64,000 nt of DNA from an uncultured Anaerolineales bacterium (GCA_964474695.1 CAYYTK010000017.1:25572-89571), one strand, 5' to 3'; counted from the first letter of the stretch, positions 1-9,990 are shown. Program-made: numbers and translations. The notes: generated by a model not told the origin, from the letters alone.

Positions 1-441
1 CCGGTCGAGTCGGAGATCTCGGTCGCCGCGCGGCGGCACAAGTCGGTGAGCCACGGCGTGGCGATCCTGGAGGCGGCGCACCACCTGGCCGCGGCCGGCT
101 ACGCGGTGGACGACGACCCGCAAGCGTTGCTGGCGGACGACACTGCCCCCTGGCACGCCCGCGCGGAGCCGGACCTGGCGCTGCTCCTGAAAGGCGAGTG
201 GTGGCCGGCCGAGATCCAGCGTGAGGTTTCGCCGCGCGTGGTTGCCAAGTGGGCCAAGAGCCTGGAGCTATGCGGCCGGCTGGCGCTGGTGCTCTACCAC
301 GAGGAGGCGCGCAGGAAGCAGGCGGCGATCTTGACCGCCGCGCGCTTCCGGCTGCCGACGGGCGTGATCCGGCTGGCCAGCCTGGAGCAGATGGAACGCG
401 GCGCCTGGGCCTGGCAGGAGATTGCAACGACGGGATCGTGA
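1..441 (+). CDS. hypothetical protein, N-terminus outside the window
   Basis: Frame 1 is open from nt 1: PVESEISVAARRHKS precedes the GTG at 46 used by the ORF track. Third codon positions are GC-rich. I recognise no motif. Confidence 0.45.
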   Translation, partial: PVESEISVAARRHKSVSHGVAILEAAHHLAAAGYAVDDDPQALLADDTAPWHARAEPDLALLLKGEWWPAEIQREVSPRVVAKWAKSLELCGRLALVLYHEEARRKQAAILTAARFRLPTGVIRLASLEQMERGAWAWQEIATTGS

Positions 442-540
442 CCGCGGTGACAGCGGCGCCCAAACCGGATCAGGCATGTGGTGATCGTCGCCAAGCGGCC
501 ATTGCGGCGCCGGACGCCTATTGGACAAGGCCGAAGAGGT

Positions 541-561
541 GTGCTATCATTTTGATAGCAC
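541..561. promoter_or_regulatory. perfect palindrome GTGCTATCA-ttt-TGATAGCAC, putative operator of the TA operon
   Basis: The 9-bp arms are read directly from the sequence, about 60 nt upstream of the RHH antitoxin start. RHH antitoxins commonly autoregulate through such palindromes, so the operator role is inference. Confidence 0.4.
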
Positions 562-622
562 ATACACCTGAAGCAGGGCCTTTCAGGCGCCAGGTAATGC
601 AAAACACAGGAGGGATAGCACC

Positions 623-853
623 ATGCCTCAGTTATTGGTTCGAGACCTGGACACCGGCACGGTGGAGCGGTTGAAGCTGCGCGCCCAGCGCCACGGCCGC
701 TCCCTGCAAGGAGAAGTCAAGGCGATCCTGCAGGCAGCCGCGACCTTCTCGATGAGCGAGGCAGGCAGCGTGGCGGAAGGGTGGCAGCGCAAGCTTGCCG
801 GCCGCGCCTACAGCGACAGCGCCGAGGCCATCCGCGAGGATCGCGAACGATGA
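623..853 (+). CDS. vapB: ribbon-helix-helix antitoxin (FitA/VapB-like)
   Basis: 76 aa. MPQLLVRDLDTGTVERLKLRAQRHGRSLQGEVKAIL shows the strand/helix/helix pattern of Arc/MetJ-type antitoxins. Its stop overlaps the next start (ATGA at 850-853). Confidence 0.75.
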   Translation: MPQLLVRDLDTGTVERLKLRAQRHGRSLQGEVKAILQAAATFSMSEAGSVAEGWQRKLAGRAYSDSAEAIREDRER

Positions 854-1302
854 GCGCGCCTGCCGAGCCGCGGGAGGCCCTCAGCCGGGTCGTCGTGGAT
901 GCCAGCGTGGCGATCAAGTGGTTCGTGCCCGAGATCCACGCCGAGGCCGCGCGCCGCCTGCTGCGCGAAGGCATCACCCTGCTCGCGCCCGACCTGATCT
1001 GGGCGGAGGTCGCCAACGCACTGTGGCGCAAGTGGCGGGAGAAGGAGCTGACCGCCGAAGCGGTAGAGGGCATCCTGAACGACTTCCGCCGCTACCCGCT
1101 CCGCATCTGCTCCGGCGAGTCGCTTTACGATGTCGCCTGGCCGGTGGCCCAGGGCAGCGGCCGGACGTTCTATGACAGCCTCTACCTGGCGCTGGCGATG
1201 AGCAACGGCTGTCTGATGGTCACGGCCGATCTGCGCTTCTACAATGCCATCAAGGACACGCCCTGGGGCCGGCATTGCCTGTGGATTGAGGATATGCCCT
1301 AA
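850..1302 (+). CDS. vapC: PIN-domain toxin (VapC-like ribonuclease)
   Basis: The acidic residues fall in PIN order: VVDASVAIKW, WAEVANAL, YDSLYLALA, MVTADLRF. I start the gene at the ATG at 850 (4-nt overlap with the antitoxin stop) rather than at 781 as in the track. Confidence 0.8.
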   Translation: MSAPAEPREALSRVVVDASVAIKWFVPEIHAEAARRLLREGITLLAPDLIWAEVANALWRKWREKELTAEAVEGILNDFRRYPLRICSGESLYDVAWPVAQGSGRTFYDSLYLALAMSNGCLMVTADLRFYNAIKDTPWGRHCLWIEDMP

Positions 1303-1394
1303 TCCTGTTTAGTATCGCATGTCGTTTTATGACAACCCGTAGTCCAACCCTCTTGCACTCCCCCGGAACCGCTGTCCCCTGTTTGTGCGCAAGG

Positions 1395-1423
1395 TTGCTT
1401 ACTTGGTCGTGCTATGGTATAAA
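1395..1423 (+). promoter_or_regulatory. sigma70-like promoter TTGCTT-17 nt-TATAAA
   Basis: The hexamers and 17-nt spacer are read from the sequence, about 130 nt upstream of the 1556 CDS. A 17-bp palindrome, CGCACGCG-G-CGCGTGCG (1488-1504), lies between this promoter and the start codon. Confidence 0.3.
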
Positions 1424-1555
1424 GTACATCCAAGGTCACAAACCCCAACAGTTATACGCGAAGTTTCACGCATCGCGTGGCAGCCCTCGCACGCGGCGCG
1501 TGCGGAGGCACTCCGATAGCGATATGTGAAAGCCTGTTGAAATGGCGCACTGACT

Positions 1556-2725
1556 ATGTCATTCGGACGCAGCTTCAGCGTAGGTTTTCTAGCCATGCTG
1601 GGCGGGCTACTGGTCAATATCCTGACCAACCCGGCCAGCGAGTTCGCCGCGCGGTTTCAACTTCCGCTGGTGCCAGTGCTCGTCGCGACCCTGCTCTTTG
1701 TGATCCTTGTCAGCGCGATTTTGCAGATCTTGCCATCGAGACACGGCAGCACGCCGCCTCAACTCCAGGCGCAGTTAGCTGAACATCGGGCGGCCCTCGG
1801 CCGGCTGAAGGAACGCTGCCTCTCCGAGCAGTCGTGGACGGCGGCGTGTATCGAGGCGTGGCAAGAGCACCAGCAAAGCATTCTGGCTCTAAAGCGAGCC
1901 TTCAGCGATTTGGGGGTACCTGTAAAGGACGATCCGATTGACATCGAGCCTCCGCCACGACTTGGCTGTGGGCTGCGGCTTGCGTTGCTCATAAGGCACA
2001 CTGCCGCCCTGCTGGCAGTTCCCTTGGTGGCATTCAGCGTGTCGTATCTGGCTGCTTTCCAGCTGGACTACGATCGTCTCAATCATTCCCAGCTCATTGC
2101 AGCTCTTTTGACGCCGCGCACTACTCCGTTACCTTTAGCAACCGCCACATCCAGAGCGAGCGCGACGCCCGATCTTGTCGCGCTCGTTTCGCCCACATCC
2201 GGCACAGCCTCTGTGGTGTTGACAAGTGGTCCGTCTATCGTTGGCACAGCCACCACCATTGCTGCCACTCGCTTACCCAGCCCGGCGGCTTCCACGACTC
2301 CGGTCGCAACCCGAACGGTGATCCCTAGAGCGACGATGTCTCCGCCCGCCACCGTACCTAGGACCTCAATCCCACCCACCACACCACCCGTCTCTAGTCT
2401 TCCCGTGGGGTGCGTACTGGGACGTCGCAGCATAGATGGTCCCATAACGGGTCAAATCCTGGAAAGAGGCATCCTCCAGGTGAAAGGGTCAGCCAATTCC
2501 GAACCTTTCCAACGTTATAAACTGGAGCTTGCCCCTGGAGCCAATCCAAATGAAAGCAAGTTCTTCGTATTGGCAGAGGTACAGGTTCCCGTTACCAATG
2601 GAGTCCTGGCAGAATGGAACTCGGCGACAATGCCGCCCGGCGTCTACACGCTTCGGCTGACCGTTGTGAAGCCTGACGGCAATTGGTTCGAGCCAAGATG
2701 CCTCGTCACGTTTACGCTCCAATGA
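1556..2725 (+). CDS. membrane-anchored protein with Pro/Thr/Ser-rich linker and C-terminal beta-rich domain
   Basis: Hydrophobic segments FLAMLGGLLVNILT, LVPVLVATLLFVILVSAILQIL and LLAVPLVAFSVSYLAAF. A long PTS-rich low-complexity stretch follows, then a C-terminal ~110 aa (GVYTLRLTVVKPDGNWFEP) that looks like an Ig/beta-sandwich. I assign no specific family. Confidence 0.6.
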   Translation: MSFGRSFSVGFLAMLGGLLVNILTNPASEFAARFQLPLVPVLVATLLFVILVSAILQILPSRHGSTPPQLQAQLAEHRAALGRLKERCLSEQSWTAACIEAWQEHQQSILALKRAFSDLGVPVKDDPIDIEPPPRLGCGLRLALLIRHTAALLAVPLVAFSVSYLAAFQLDYDRLNHSQLIAALLTPRTTPLPLATATSRASATPDLVALVSPTSGTASVVLTSGPSIVGTATTIAATRLPSPAASTTPVATRTVIPRATMSPPATVPRTSIPPTTPPVSSLPVGCVLGRRSIDGPITGQILERGILQVKGSANSEPFQRYKLELAPGANPNESKFFVLAEVQVPVTNGVLAEWNSATMPPGVYTLRLTVVKPDGNWFEPRCLVTFTLQ

Positions 2726-2753
2726 ATGATCGCAAGGAATCCAAAGAGCTATT

Positions 2754-5681
2754 ATGCCCACCGACCAACGCCTGATCGAAGACTACATCCCCATTGAGGC
2801 CATCTCGGCGGAGGCGCGGCGCGAGAAATCCGTGCGCAAGGGCCACATCGCCACGCTGCACCTCTGGTGGGCCAGGCGGCCGCTGGTCGCGGCCCGCGCC
2901 GCGGTCTACGGCGCGCTGGTGCCAGCGACCGTTGGCAAGCAGAAGGAGAAGGACACCACCTCGAGCTTCGTAGCCGATCTGTGCAAGTATCCCGGCTCGC
3001 CGTCGGTCATCGCTGAGGCCCGCCGCAACATCCTGGAAGCCCACGCCGCGCGGCTGACCACCGAACGCGTCGGGGCTGGCCTCGCGTCGGCCCAAGCCAC
3101 CGTCACCGCCGAAGACATCGAGGCCGGCCGTGCGCCGCGGCCGCGCGTGCTGGATATGTTCGCGGGCGGCGGTGCGATCCCGCTGGAGGCGCTGCGCCTG
3201 GGCTGCGAGGCGTATGCGCTCGACCTGAACCCGGTCGCCTACCTGATCCAGCTCTGCACCCTGGTGTACCCGCAGCAGTACGGCGCGCCTGAACCGGCCG
3301 CCCACGGCTGCGCGGCCGATGGCACGTGGGCCGGCCTGGCCGCGGAGGTGGAGCACTGGGGCAAGTGGGTCTTGGGGCGGGTCAAGACTGAGATCGGCGA
3401 CCTATACCCACCCATTCCTGATCCTGCCACCAGGCCGGCAAAGGAGGGTGGGGGCCAACTCGGCATGGATTGGGCCACGCCTGCGTCCGCCGGAGAACAC
3501 GGCAAAGGCATGTTGACCCCCGTCGCCTACCTGTGGACGCGCACGGTGCGCTGCAAGAATCCGGCATGCGGCGGGACCGTGCCGCTAGCGCGGCAAACCT
3601 GGTTGGCGAAGAAAGAGAACCGCTACATCGCCTTACAGATGGATGCCGAGACGAACCGGGCCATGACAGCGAGCGAGAAGACAGTAGGGTTCCGAGTTGT
3701 CGAGGCAACGACTGAAGAGGGATTGGGATTCGATCCGGCGGCGGGTAGCAAGGGCGGCAACGTTGCCTGCCCATTTTGTGGGACAGTCGTTGATGTGGCC
3801 TATGTGCGGAGGGAGGGTCACGCTCAGCGCATGGGTAGTCAATTGTTTGCTGTGTTATGCCTACAACCAGGCCAGCAGGGCAAGAGATACCTTTCAGCAG
3901 AGCAGATACCGCCCAATAGTTGGCCTATGGATAAAGTGCTGTGGGAGCGTATAACTCCTCACTTGGGGGGCGATCGCCCTATTCCGCCTCTGGAAAACAT
4001 CGAAGCCAATCCTCGCTCCATGGACGTTCAAAACTACGGCTTTCAGAAATGGATCGACCTGTTCACCCCCCGTCAGCTTCTGTCCCTGCTGACTTTCACC
4101 AAACAGGTTCGGTGCGCCCATGAGGAGATGCTAGCTGCTGGCTATGAATCATCACACGCCAAGGTTGTGACCACTTATCTTGGACTGATACTCAGCCGAC
4201 TGACTGACTTCTGCAATGCACTCTGCACCGTCGCAACTGCTGGGGGACGTGGAATCCGACAGGTATTTTCGCGACAAGCACTACCCATGGTTTGGGATTT
4301 CGCCGAAGCAAACCCGCTGAATTCAACAATTGCTAGCTGGAGTTCCATGTCGAGTACCGTCCTCCAGGTCCTGCGCCGAGGCAACTTCCCACCAAGCGCA
4401 GCTCATGTCGAACGAGGTTCAGCTACCGAAACCACTTACCCACATGGATATTTCGACGCAGTTATCACCGATCCGCCATACTACGACAACGTCTCATACT
4501 CTAACCTTGCTGACTTCTTCTATGTTTGGCTAGCAACCAGCATAGGCCATCTATACCCTGATCACTTCGCCACGTCACTTACGCCCAAAAAGCGAGAGGC
4601 CATTGCCGCGTCCTATCGACACGGAGGCAGCAGGGACGAAGCAAAGCGATTCTACGAGAACATGATGGCTCAAGTCTTCGCTGAAGCCAATCGCATATTG
4701 AAACCAAATGCTCCCATGGTGGTGGTATATGCTCACAAAACCACCTTGGGGTGGTCTACCTTGGTTGACGCTCTACGAAACTCGTGCTTCACTGTGACCG
4801 AGGCGTGGCCTTTGGAGACCGAGCAGGCTCATCGAAGCCGTGCCATCGAAAACGCTTCTCTTGCTTCCTCCATCTTCCTCGTTGCCCGCCGACGCGAATC
4901 CAACGAAACCGGCTCCTACGAACGCGACGTCCGCCCTGACCTGGAGCGCATCGTCCGCGAGCGCGTCGACCGGCTGTGGGCGCAGGGCGTCACCGGCGCG
5001 GACCTGGTGATCGCGTGCGTGGGCGCCGGGCTGGCCGCGTTCACGAAGTACGCGCGCGTCGAGTATGCCAACGGCGCACCTGTGCCCGCGGACACCTTCC
5101 TGGCCGAGGTCGAGGGCGCGGTGCTGGAGACGTTGCTGGAGCGGCTCTTCGGCATCAGCCGCGCCGGGTTCAGCCGGGTGGACGCAGCCACGCGGTTCTA
5201 CGTGCTGTGGCGCTACGCCTACCGCCTGGCTGCCATCGACGCTGGCGAGGCCATCGTCTTCGCCTACCCGCAGCACGTCGAACTCGACGGCGCCAACGGC
5301 CTGACAGGCGGCGGAAACCCACTGGTCGAGAAGGGCGGCAGCAAGTACCGCCTGCGCGACTTCACCGAGCGCGGCGACGACGAGAAGCTTGGCCTGCCGA
5401 AGGACGGCCGCTCCGCCTCGCTGGTGGACGTCCTCCACCGCGTGCTCTGGCTGGTGGAGCACCGCCCGGCGCTGATCCCCGCGTACCTGGACGAAGCCCA
5501 GCCCGACATCGAGCACCTGCGCGTCGTGGCCCAAACGCTGGCCGGGCAGACGCTGGCCGGCAACGGCAGCGGCGGGGGCCGGTCGCTGGTCGCCGCGCGT
5601 GGCGCGGAGGCGGCCAGCCTGCGGAAGCTGACGACGAATTGGCGGAGTTTGATTGAGACGGAGCGAAGAGGAATTGGATAG
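2754..5681 (+). CDS. DUF1156-family DNA methyltransferase with Zn-ribbon (N6-adenine/N4-cytosine type, DPPY)
   Basis: N-terminus LIEDYIPIEAISAEARREKSVRKGHIATLHLWWARRPLVAARA matches my memory of DUF1156/COG1743. SAM motif-I-like LDMFAGGGAIPLEALRLG. Cys pairs CKNPACGG...CPFCG. Motif IV VITDPPYYDNVSY. Confidence 0.85.
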   Translation: MPTDQRLIEDYIPIEAISAEARREKSVRKGHIATLHLWWARRPLVAARAAVYGALVPATVGKQKEKDTTSSFVADLCKYPGSPSVIAEARRNILEAHAARLTTERVGAGLASAQATVTAEDIEAGRAPRPRVLDMFAGGGAIPLEALRLGCEAYALDLNPVAYLIQLCTLVYPQQYGAPEPAAHGCAADGTWAGLAAEVEHWGKWVLGRVKTEIGDLYPPIPDPATRPAKEGGGQLGMDWATPASAGEHGKGMLTPVAYLWTRTVRCKNPACGGTVPLARQTWLAKKENRYIALQMDAETNRAMTASEKTVGFRVVEATTEEGLGFDPAAGSKGGNVACPFCGTVVDVAYVRREGHAQRMGSQLFAVLCLQPGQQGKRYLSAEQIPPNSWPMDKVLWERITPHLGGDRPIPPLENIEANPRSMDVQNYGFQKWIDLFTPRQLLSLLTFTKQVRCAHEEMLAAGYESSHAKVVTTYLGLILSRLTDFCNALCTVATAGGRGIRQVFSRQALPMVWDFAEANPLNSTIASWSSMSSTVLQVLRRGNFPPSAAHVERGSATETTYPHGYFDAVITDPPYYDNVSYSNLADFFYVWLATSIGHLYPDHFATSLTPKKREAIAASYRHGGSRDEAKRFYENMMAQVFAEANRILKPNAPMVVVYAHKTTLGWSTLVDALRNSCFTVTEAWPLETEQAHRSRAIENASLASSIFLVARRRESNETGSYERDVRPDLERIVRERVDRLWAQGVTGADLVIACVGAGLAAFTKYARVEYANGAPVPADTFLAEVEGAVLETLLERLFGISRAGFSRVDAATRFYVLWRYAYRLAAIDAGEAIVFAYPQHVELDGANGLTGGGNPLVEKGGSKYRLRDFTERGDDEKLGLPKDGRSASLVDVLHRVLWLVEHRPALIPAYLDEAQPDIEHLRVVAQTLAGQTLAGNGSGGGRSLVAARGAEAASLRKLTTNWRSLIETERRGIG

Positions 5682-5859
5682 GAAGCAGCGGGTCACGGAC
5701 CCGTCAGGAGCGCAGAGTTCCGCTTCGGATGCCTGCGCGAACATCAATATGGGTCTTCTGCCTTGGGAAACCTGATTCAATCAACAAGCGCAGATCCGCG
5801 GTACAATTCTCTACATGTGCGTGCCGAGTTCATCTCGATTCGATTAAGCAGGAGGCTTC

Positions 5860-6183
5860 ATGAAGGCGAAGATACGTGAACTCTTATGTTCTATCTTCAA
5901 CCACGAGTGGGGCGAATACACAGATATAGGTCCATGTCATCGGGCACGTACCTGCGAACGCTGCGGCAAAACGGAGAATCGGGATGTTCACACGATGGAA
6001 TGGACGCCCGAGCGGGAGGGGTGCATCGGAGCATGCAGTAGGTGCGGAGCGAAAACACGACAGGAACACGACCTCTCCTGGGAATGGGACCCTGACTACG
6101 AACCATGCGACGATGGCGTGAATATGCAAGGCTGGCCTCGATTGTGGGAATGTAGCCGTTGCGGGTACACGTACCGCCAGTGA
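5860..6183 (+). CDS. small Cys-rich protein with three CxRCG units (zinc-ribbon-like)
   Basis: AGGAGG lies 4-5 nt upstream of the ATG. Three spaced units are present: CERCGKTE, CSRCGAKT, CSRCGYTY. The gene is AT-richer than its flanks and sits between the DUF1156 and DUF499 genes. Confidence 0.5.
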   Translation: MKAKIRELLCSIFNHEWGEYTDIGPCHRARTCERCGKTENRDVHTMEWTPEREGCIGACSRCGAKTRQEHDLSWEWDPDYEPCDDGVNMQGWPRLWECSRCGYTYRQ

Positions 6184-6433
6184 TGAACGGCCCGTTTCCT
6201 GGAAGTCGTTCGATGCCATGGGCTTCGTTGCGATAGCTGTCAAGCTGGGACAGAAACAAGAACATGCCGTCTGGGAGAACGAGTACCAGGCCGAAGACGT
6301 GTTCGCACCAGGATTTCTGCGAGTGAAGACCTAGTACATTCACACCGATTCACTCCAATCGCATTGGCGTTTAGCTGAGTTGCCGGGATAATCTGCGTGG
6401 ATCGTTGACCGGCAGACAGCAGGGACGAGGGCC

Positions 6434-7081
6434 ATGTTCTCATCGAATCAAATCCGCGCCTTTCGCCACTGGATCCAGGGCTACCAGAACTTCTACGAGC
6501 CGATCGTAGAGGCTTACTTCCGCTTCGCCGGCTACGCGGTGCTGGCACACCCGGCGAAGGTCGGCGCAGCGGACATCCAACGCATCGTGGACGCCCTCTT
6601 CGACGGCCGCAAGCGGCTCGGACCGGATCTTGATAGCCGCGCGTTGCAGGCTTTTCTCAAGCGTCGCTCGCGCCTGCAGCCCGACTTCCTGCTGGAGCGC
6701 GGCGGCCGGCGTTACCTGGCCGAGCTGAAAAGCTGGGGCGGGTTCACCGCCTCCGGCCAGTTCGATCCCAAGCTGATGACCGACTATTTCCTGGGGCCCA
6801 AGCCCAACGCCTACGACGGCGCCTATCTGCTGGTGGATTGGCTGGAGGACGCACCCATCGCGGGCAAGCTGCTGGTCGTTTCCTCTCGCAGCCCGCAGCA
6901 TGACCAGGTGCAGGCAGGCCTGCAAAGGGCGTACGACACGCAGGTCGAGCTGCTCTACCTGGACGAAATCTTCCGGACGCCGCAGTTGGCCGGCGCCATC
7001 GAACGCCAACTGCGCTACCTGGACGCCGCCGTTGCGGAGCTCAAGCAAGCCTTTCAGCCCAACCAAGGGGAACCTTCATGA
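6434..7081 (+). CDS. hypothetical protein with PD-(D/E)xK-like motif (possible nuclease partner of DUF499)
   Basis: LQPDFLLERGGRRYLAELKSWGG gives a D...ExK spacing typical of the restriction-endonuclease fold, preceded by YEPIVEAYF. The stop overlaps the DUF499 start (ATGA at 7078-7081). Size and position fit the small protein (DUF3780?) that I recall accompanying DUF499/DUF1156, but I could not verify this. Confidence 0.6.
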   Translation: MFSSNQIRAFRHWIQGYQNFYEPIVEAYFRFAGYAVLAHPAKVGAADIQRIVDALFDGRKRLGPDLDSRALQAFLKRRSRLQPDFLLERGGRRYLAELKSWGGFTASGQFDPKLMTDYFLGPKPNAYDGAYLLVDWLEDAPIAGKLLVVSSRSPQHDQVQAGLQRAYDTQVELLYLDEIFRTPQLAGAIERQLRYLDAAVAELKQAFQPNQGEPS

Positions 7082-9915
7082 CCACCGCCCAACTTCGTCC
7101 CTGGAGCCAGGTCGTCAGCCTCGACCACGACGTCGAGTCCGGCAACACCGCGGTCGCAGCCTACGCGATTGACCTCGGCGCGCTGGTGGCGGGCGACCCG
7201 CGCATCCCGCGCGTCTACCGTCAGCCGGCCGACTTCTTCGCGGTGACGCACCTCACGACCGGCCTGCGCCGGCTGCTGAGCGACGTCCTGGCCGGGCTGA
7301 CCGGCGGAACCGGCGACCGGGTGCTCCAGCTCCGTTCACCCTTCGGCGGCGGCAAGTCGCACACGCTGGCCGCGCTCTACCACGCAGCCAAGGACCGGAG
7401 CGCGCTCGACGTGCTGCCGGGCGGCACGGCGCTGCCGCGGCCGGGGACCGTGCGCATCGCCGTGTTCGACGGTGAGAAGTTCGACGTGCAGGGGCGGCTC
7501 GTGGAGGGCCAGCAGGTGCACACGATGTGGGGGGTGCTGGCAGCTCAACTTGGCCCCTACGACGCCGTGGCCTACCACGACGCCAACCGCATCGCGCCCG
7601 GCGGCGACCGCATCGCCGAGATGCTGGGCGACGAACCGACCCTGATCCTGCTGGACGAGGTGCTCAAGTACCTGGAGCGCGCCGGCGCGGAGGTGGTGGG
7701 CGACTCCACGCTGGGCCGCCAGACCCAGGACTTCGTGCAGTCCCTCTCAGTGGAAGTGGCCCGCTCGGCGCGCGCGGTCCTGGTCTACAGCCTCCAGGCC
7801 AGCACGCGCGAGGCGCTCGGCAATGAGGCGCTGCTGGCCATGCTCGACCACCTCACTTCCCGCGTCGATGCCAAGCGCGAGCCGGTCTCCGGCGACGAGA
7901 TCCTGCCCGTGCTGCGCCGCCGGCTGCTCCGCGCACCGTGGCCCACGGCGGACGACGCCCGCCCCGTTGCCGAGGCCTATGCGGCCGAGATCACCCGCAT
8001 GCGCGCCGCGCACGCCGTAGATGAAGCCTCCCGCCGCGCGGCCGAAGACGACCGGCTGGCGCTGCGCGACCGGCTCGTGGCCGCGTACCCGTTCCACCCT
8101 GCGCTGATCGACATCATGCGCGAGCGGTGGGCCTCGCTGCCCGACTTCCAACGCACGCGCGGCGCGCTGCGCTTCCTGGCGGTCTGCCTGCACACGCTGA
8201 AACAGGCCAACACGGCCGGCCCCCTGCTTGGCCCCGGCGACATCGCCATTGAGAACGACGACGTGGCCCAGGCCTTCTTCACCGAGGTCGGCCAGCGCGA
8301 GCCGTTCAAGGCGGTGCTGGAGCGCGACTTCCGCGGCCCCAACGCCCGCATCGGCCGCATTGACGAGCGGCTGGGTCGCGAGCACCCGGAGCTGAGCGGC
8401 GTCCGGCCGGCCATGCGCATTGCCACCGCCATCCTGGCCTACTCCTTCGGCGGCCTGACCCGCCGCGACGAGCAGGGCGGCGAACCGATCGCCACCGGTG
8501 TCACCGAGACCGAGCTGCTCTCGGCCGTGGTCAGTCCCGAGCTCGACGACATCACCGCGCGCGCCGTGCTGAACGAGCTGCGCACGCAGTGTCTCTTCCT
8601 TCACTTCGACGGCGCGCACTACGCGTTCAAGACGACCCCCAACGTCACCCAACTCCTGGAGGACCAGGCGGTCCACGTGCGCCCGCGCGAGATCGAGGAA
8701 GCCATCGAGGCCGACCTGGTGAACCGCCTGAGCGGCCGGCACGGCGCCATCGTCTGGCCGCGGGCCAGCCAGGGCATCCCCGACCGCGAGCCGCGCTTCC
8801 TGCTCGCCTACCTGCCGCTCGATTTCGCGGCCCTGAGCGATGCAGGCCAGGAGCAGCAGGCCAAGGCGTATTTCACGCAGTACGGCGACGCGCCGCGGCG
8901 CTACCGCAACGGGCTGGGCCTGGCGATCCCGAGCCGCGAGCCGGCCGACACCCTGCGCCGGGCCACCCGCTACCTCAAGGCGATCGCACTGCTCAAGGGC
9001 CGGCGGCAGGAGTTCAACCTGACGAGTGCGCAACTGGCCCAGCTCAACCAGCGCGAGACCGCGGAAAAGACGGCGTTCGAGTCAGCCATGCGCGACCTGT
9101 ACGCGTCCGTCTGGCTGCCGGCGTTCAGCGAAGCCGGCCTGGCCATCGAAAAGGTCGGCCTTGCCGGCCGGCCGCTCCAGGCGACCACAGTCCACGAGCG
9201 GCTGAGCGAGCTGCTCACCGCGGTGTCGCCCCCGCGTCTCTTCAACTCGCTGCGGCCCGCCAAGATCGTCGAACTGCTCCGGCTCGGCGCCGGCGCCGGC
9301 GAGAACCGGACCGTGGGCGTGGACCAGGTGATCGCTACATTCTACGAGGTGCCCGGCCTGCCCCGGCTGGAGAGCGACGCCGCGATCCGGCAAGCCATCG
9401 CGGCCGGTGTGCAGGAGCGCACCTTCGGCCTGGTCGGCCGCGCGGGCCGCGACGAGGTCACCCGGCTGCGCGAGGCGAGCGGCTACCTGGTCAGCCGCCG
9501 CGCGGTGCAGATCGGCGTGGCCGTGCCGGCGGACAGCATCGAGCCGGCTGCCGCGTTCCTCATCGTGCCGGAAGCGATCGAGAGTGAGGCGCCGCCTCCC
9601 GCACCCACTCCTGACCAGACACAACCCGCCGCTGGCGGCGTCACCCCAACACCCGGTGTGACCGTCGTCACGCCAGGCGGCACTCGCCCCACGCCCAACG
9701 CCGACCGCTGCACGTCCGTGCGCCTCGCCATGCGCATGACCCGGCGCGAAATCTTCGCCAGCTCGAACGCCCTGGCCAACCTGGCCGACAAGGCCGGCGA
9801 CATCCAGGTGACGGTGGAGGCGGAGAAGGCAGATGGCTTCGATCCCGCCTGGCTGCGGAATGCGGTGCTGGAGCCGCTGGAGGAGGCGGATGTGAGGATG
9901 GAAGAGCAGGGGTAA
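7078..9915 (+). CDS. DUF499-family P-loop ATPase (COG1483-like)
   Basis: N-terminus LRPWSQVVSLDHDVESGNTAVAAYAIDLGALV, Walker A SPFGGGKSHTLAAL and Walker B-like LILLDEVLKY match my memory of DUF499. Confidence 0.85.
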   Translation: MTTAQLRPWSQVVSLDHDVESGNTAVAAYAIDLGALVAGDPRIPRVYRQPADFFAVTHLTTGLRRLLSDVLAGLTGGTGDRVLQLRSPFGGGKSHTLAALYHAAKDRSALDVLPGGTALPRPGTVRIAVFDGEKFDVQGRLVEGQQVHTMWGVLAAQLGPYDAVAYHDANRIAPGGDRIAEMLGDEPTLILLDEVLKYLERAGAEVVGDSTLGRQTQDFVQSLSVEVARSARAVLVYSLQASTREALGNEALLAMLDHLTSRVDAKREPVSGDEILPVLRRRLLRAPWPTADDARPVAEAYAAEITRMRAAHAVDEASRRAAEDDRLALRDRLVAAYPFHPALIDIMRERWASLPDFQRTRGALRFLAVCLHTLKQANTAGPLLGPGDIAIENDDVAQAFFTEVGQREPFKAVLERDFRGPNARIGRIDERLGREHPELSGVRPAMRIATAILAYSFGGLTRRDEQGGEPIATGVTETELLSAVVSPELDDITARAVLNELRTQCLFLHFDGAHYAFKTTPNVTQLLEDQAVHVRPREIEEAIEADLVNRLSGRHGAIVWPRASQGIPDREPRFLLAYLPLDFAALSDAGQEQQAKAYFTQYGDAPRRYRNGLGLAIPSREPADTLRRATRYLKAIALLKGRRQEFNLTSAQLAQLNQRETAEKTAFESAMRDLYASVWLPAFSEAGLAIEKVGLAGRPLQATTVHERLSELLTAVSPPRLFNSLRPAKIVELLRLGAGAGENRTVGVDQVIATFYEVPGLPRLESDAAIRQAIAAGVQERTFGLVGRAGRDEVTRLREASGYLVSRRAVQIGVAVPADSIEPAAAFLIVPEAIESEAPPPAPTPDQTQPAAGGVTPTPGVTVVTPGGTRPTPNADRCTSVRLAMRMTRREIFASSNALANLADKAGDIQVTVEAEKADGFDPAWLRNAVLEPLEEADVRMEEQG

Positions 9916-9990
9916 CGTCGGGATCACGTCGGTAGTTTATTAACGCGGATCACAATGCCATCCCAAGCGATTAGTTGAGGAGGTATTGAC

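Noticed and set aside
4773-5780. Long reverse-strand or alternative-frame ORFs overlapping well-supported genes. Examples are 4773-5780(-), 6440-7066(-), 7747-9033(-), 19283-20191(-), 20420-21325(-), 26612-27571(-), 28069-28779(-), 34048-35295(+), 38266-39138(-) and 63295-63999(-).
   Set aside because: Their translations are Arg/Ala/Pro/Gly-rich low-complexity strings with no motifs. Each lies antisense or out of frame to an ORF with clear domain signatures. Such stop-free shadows are expected in high-GC DNA.
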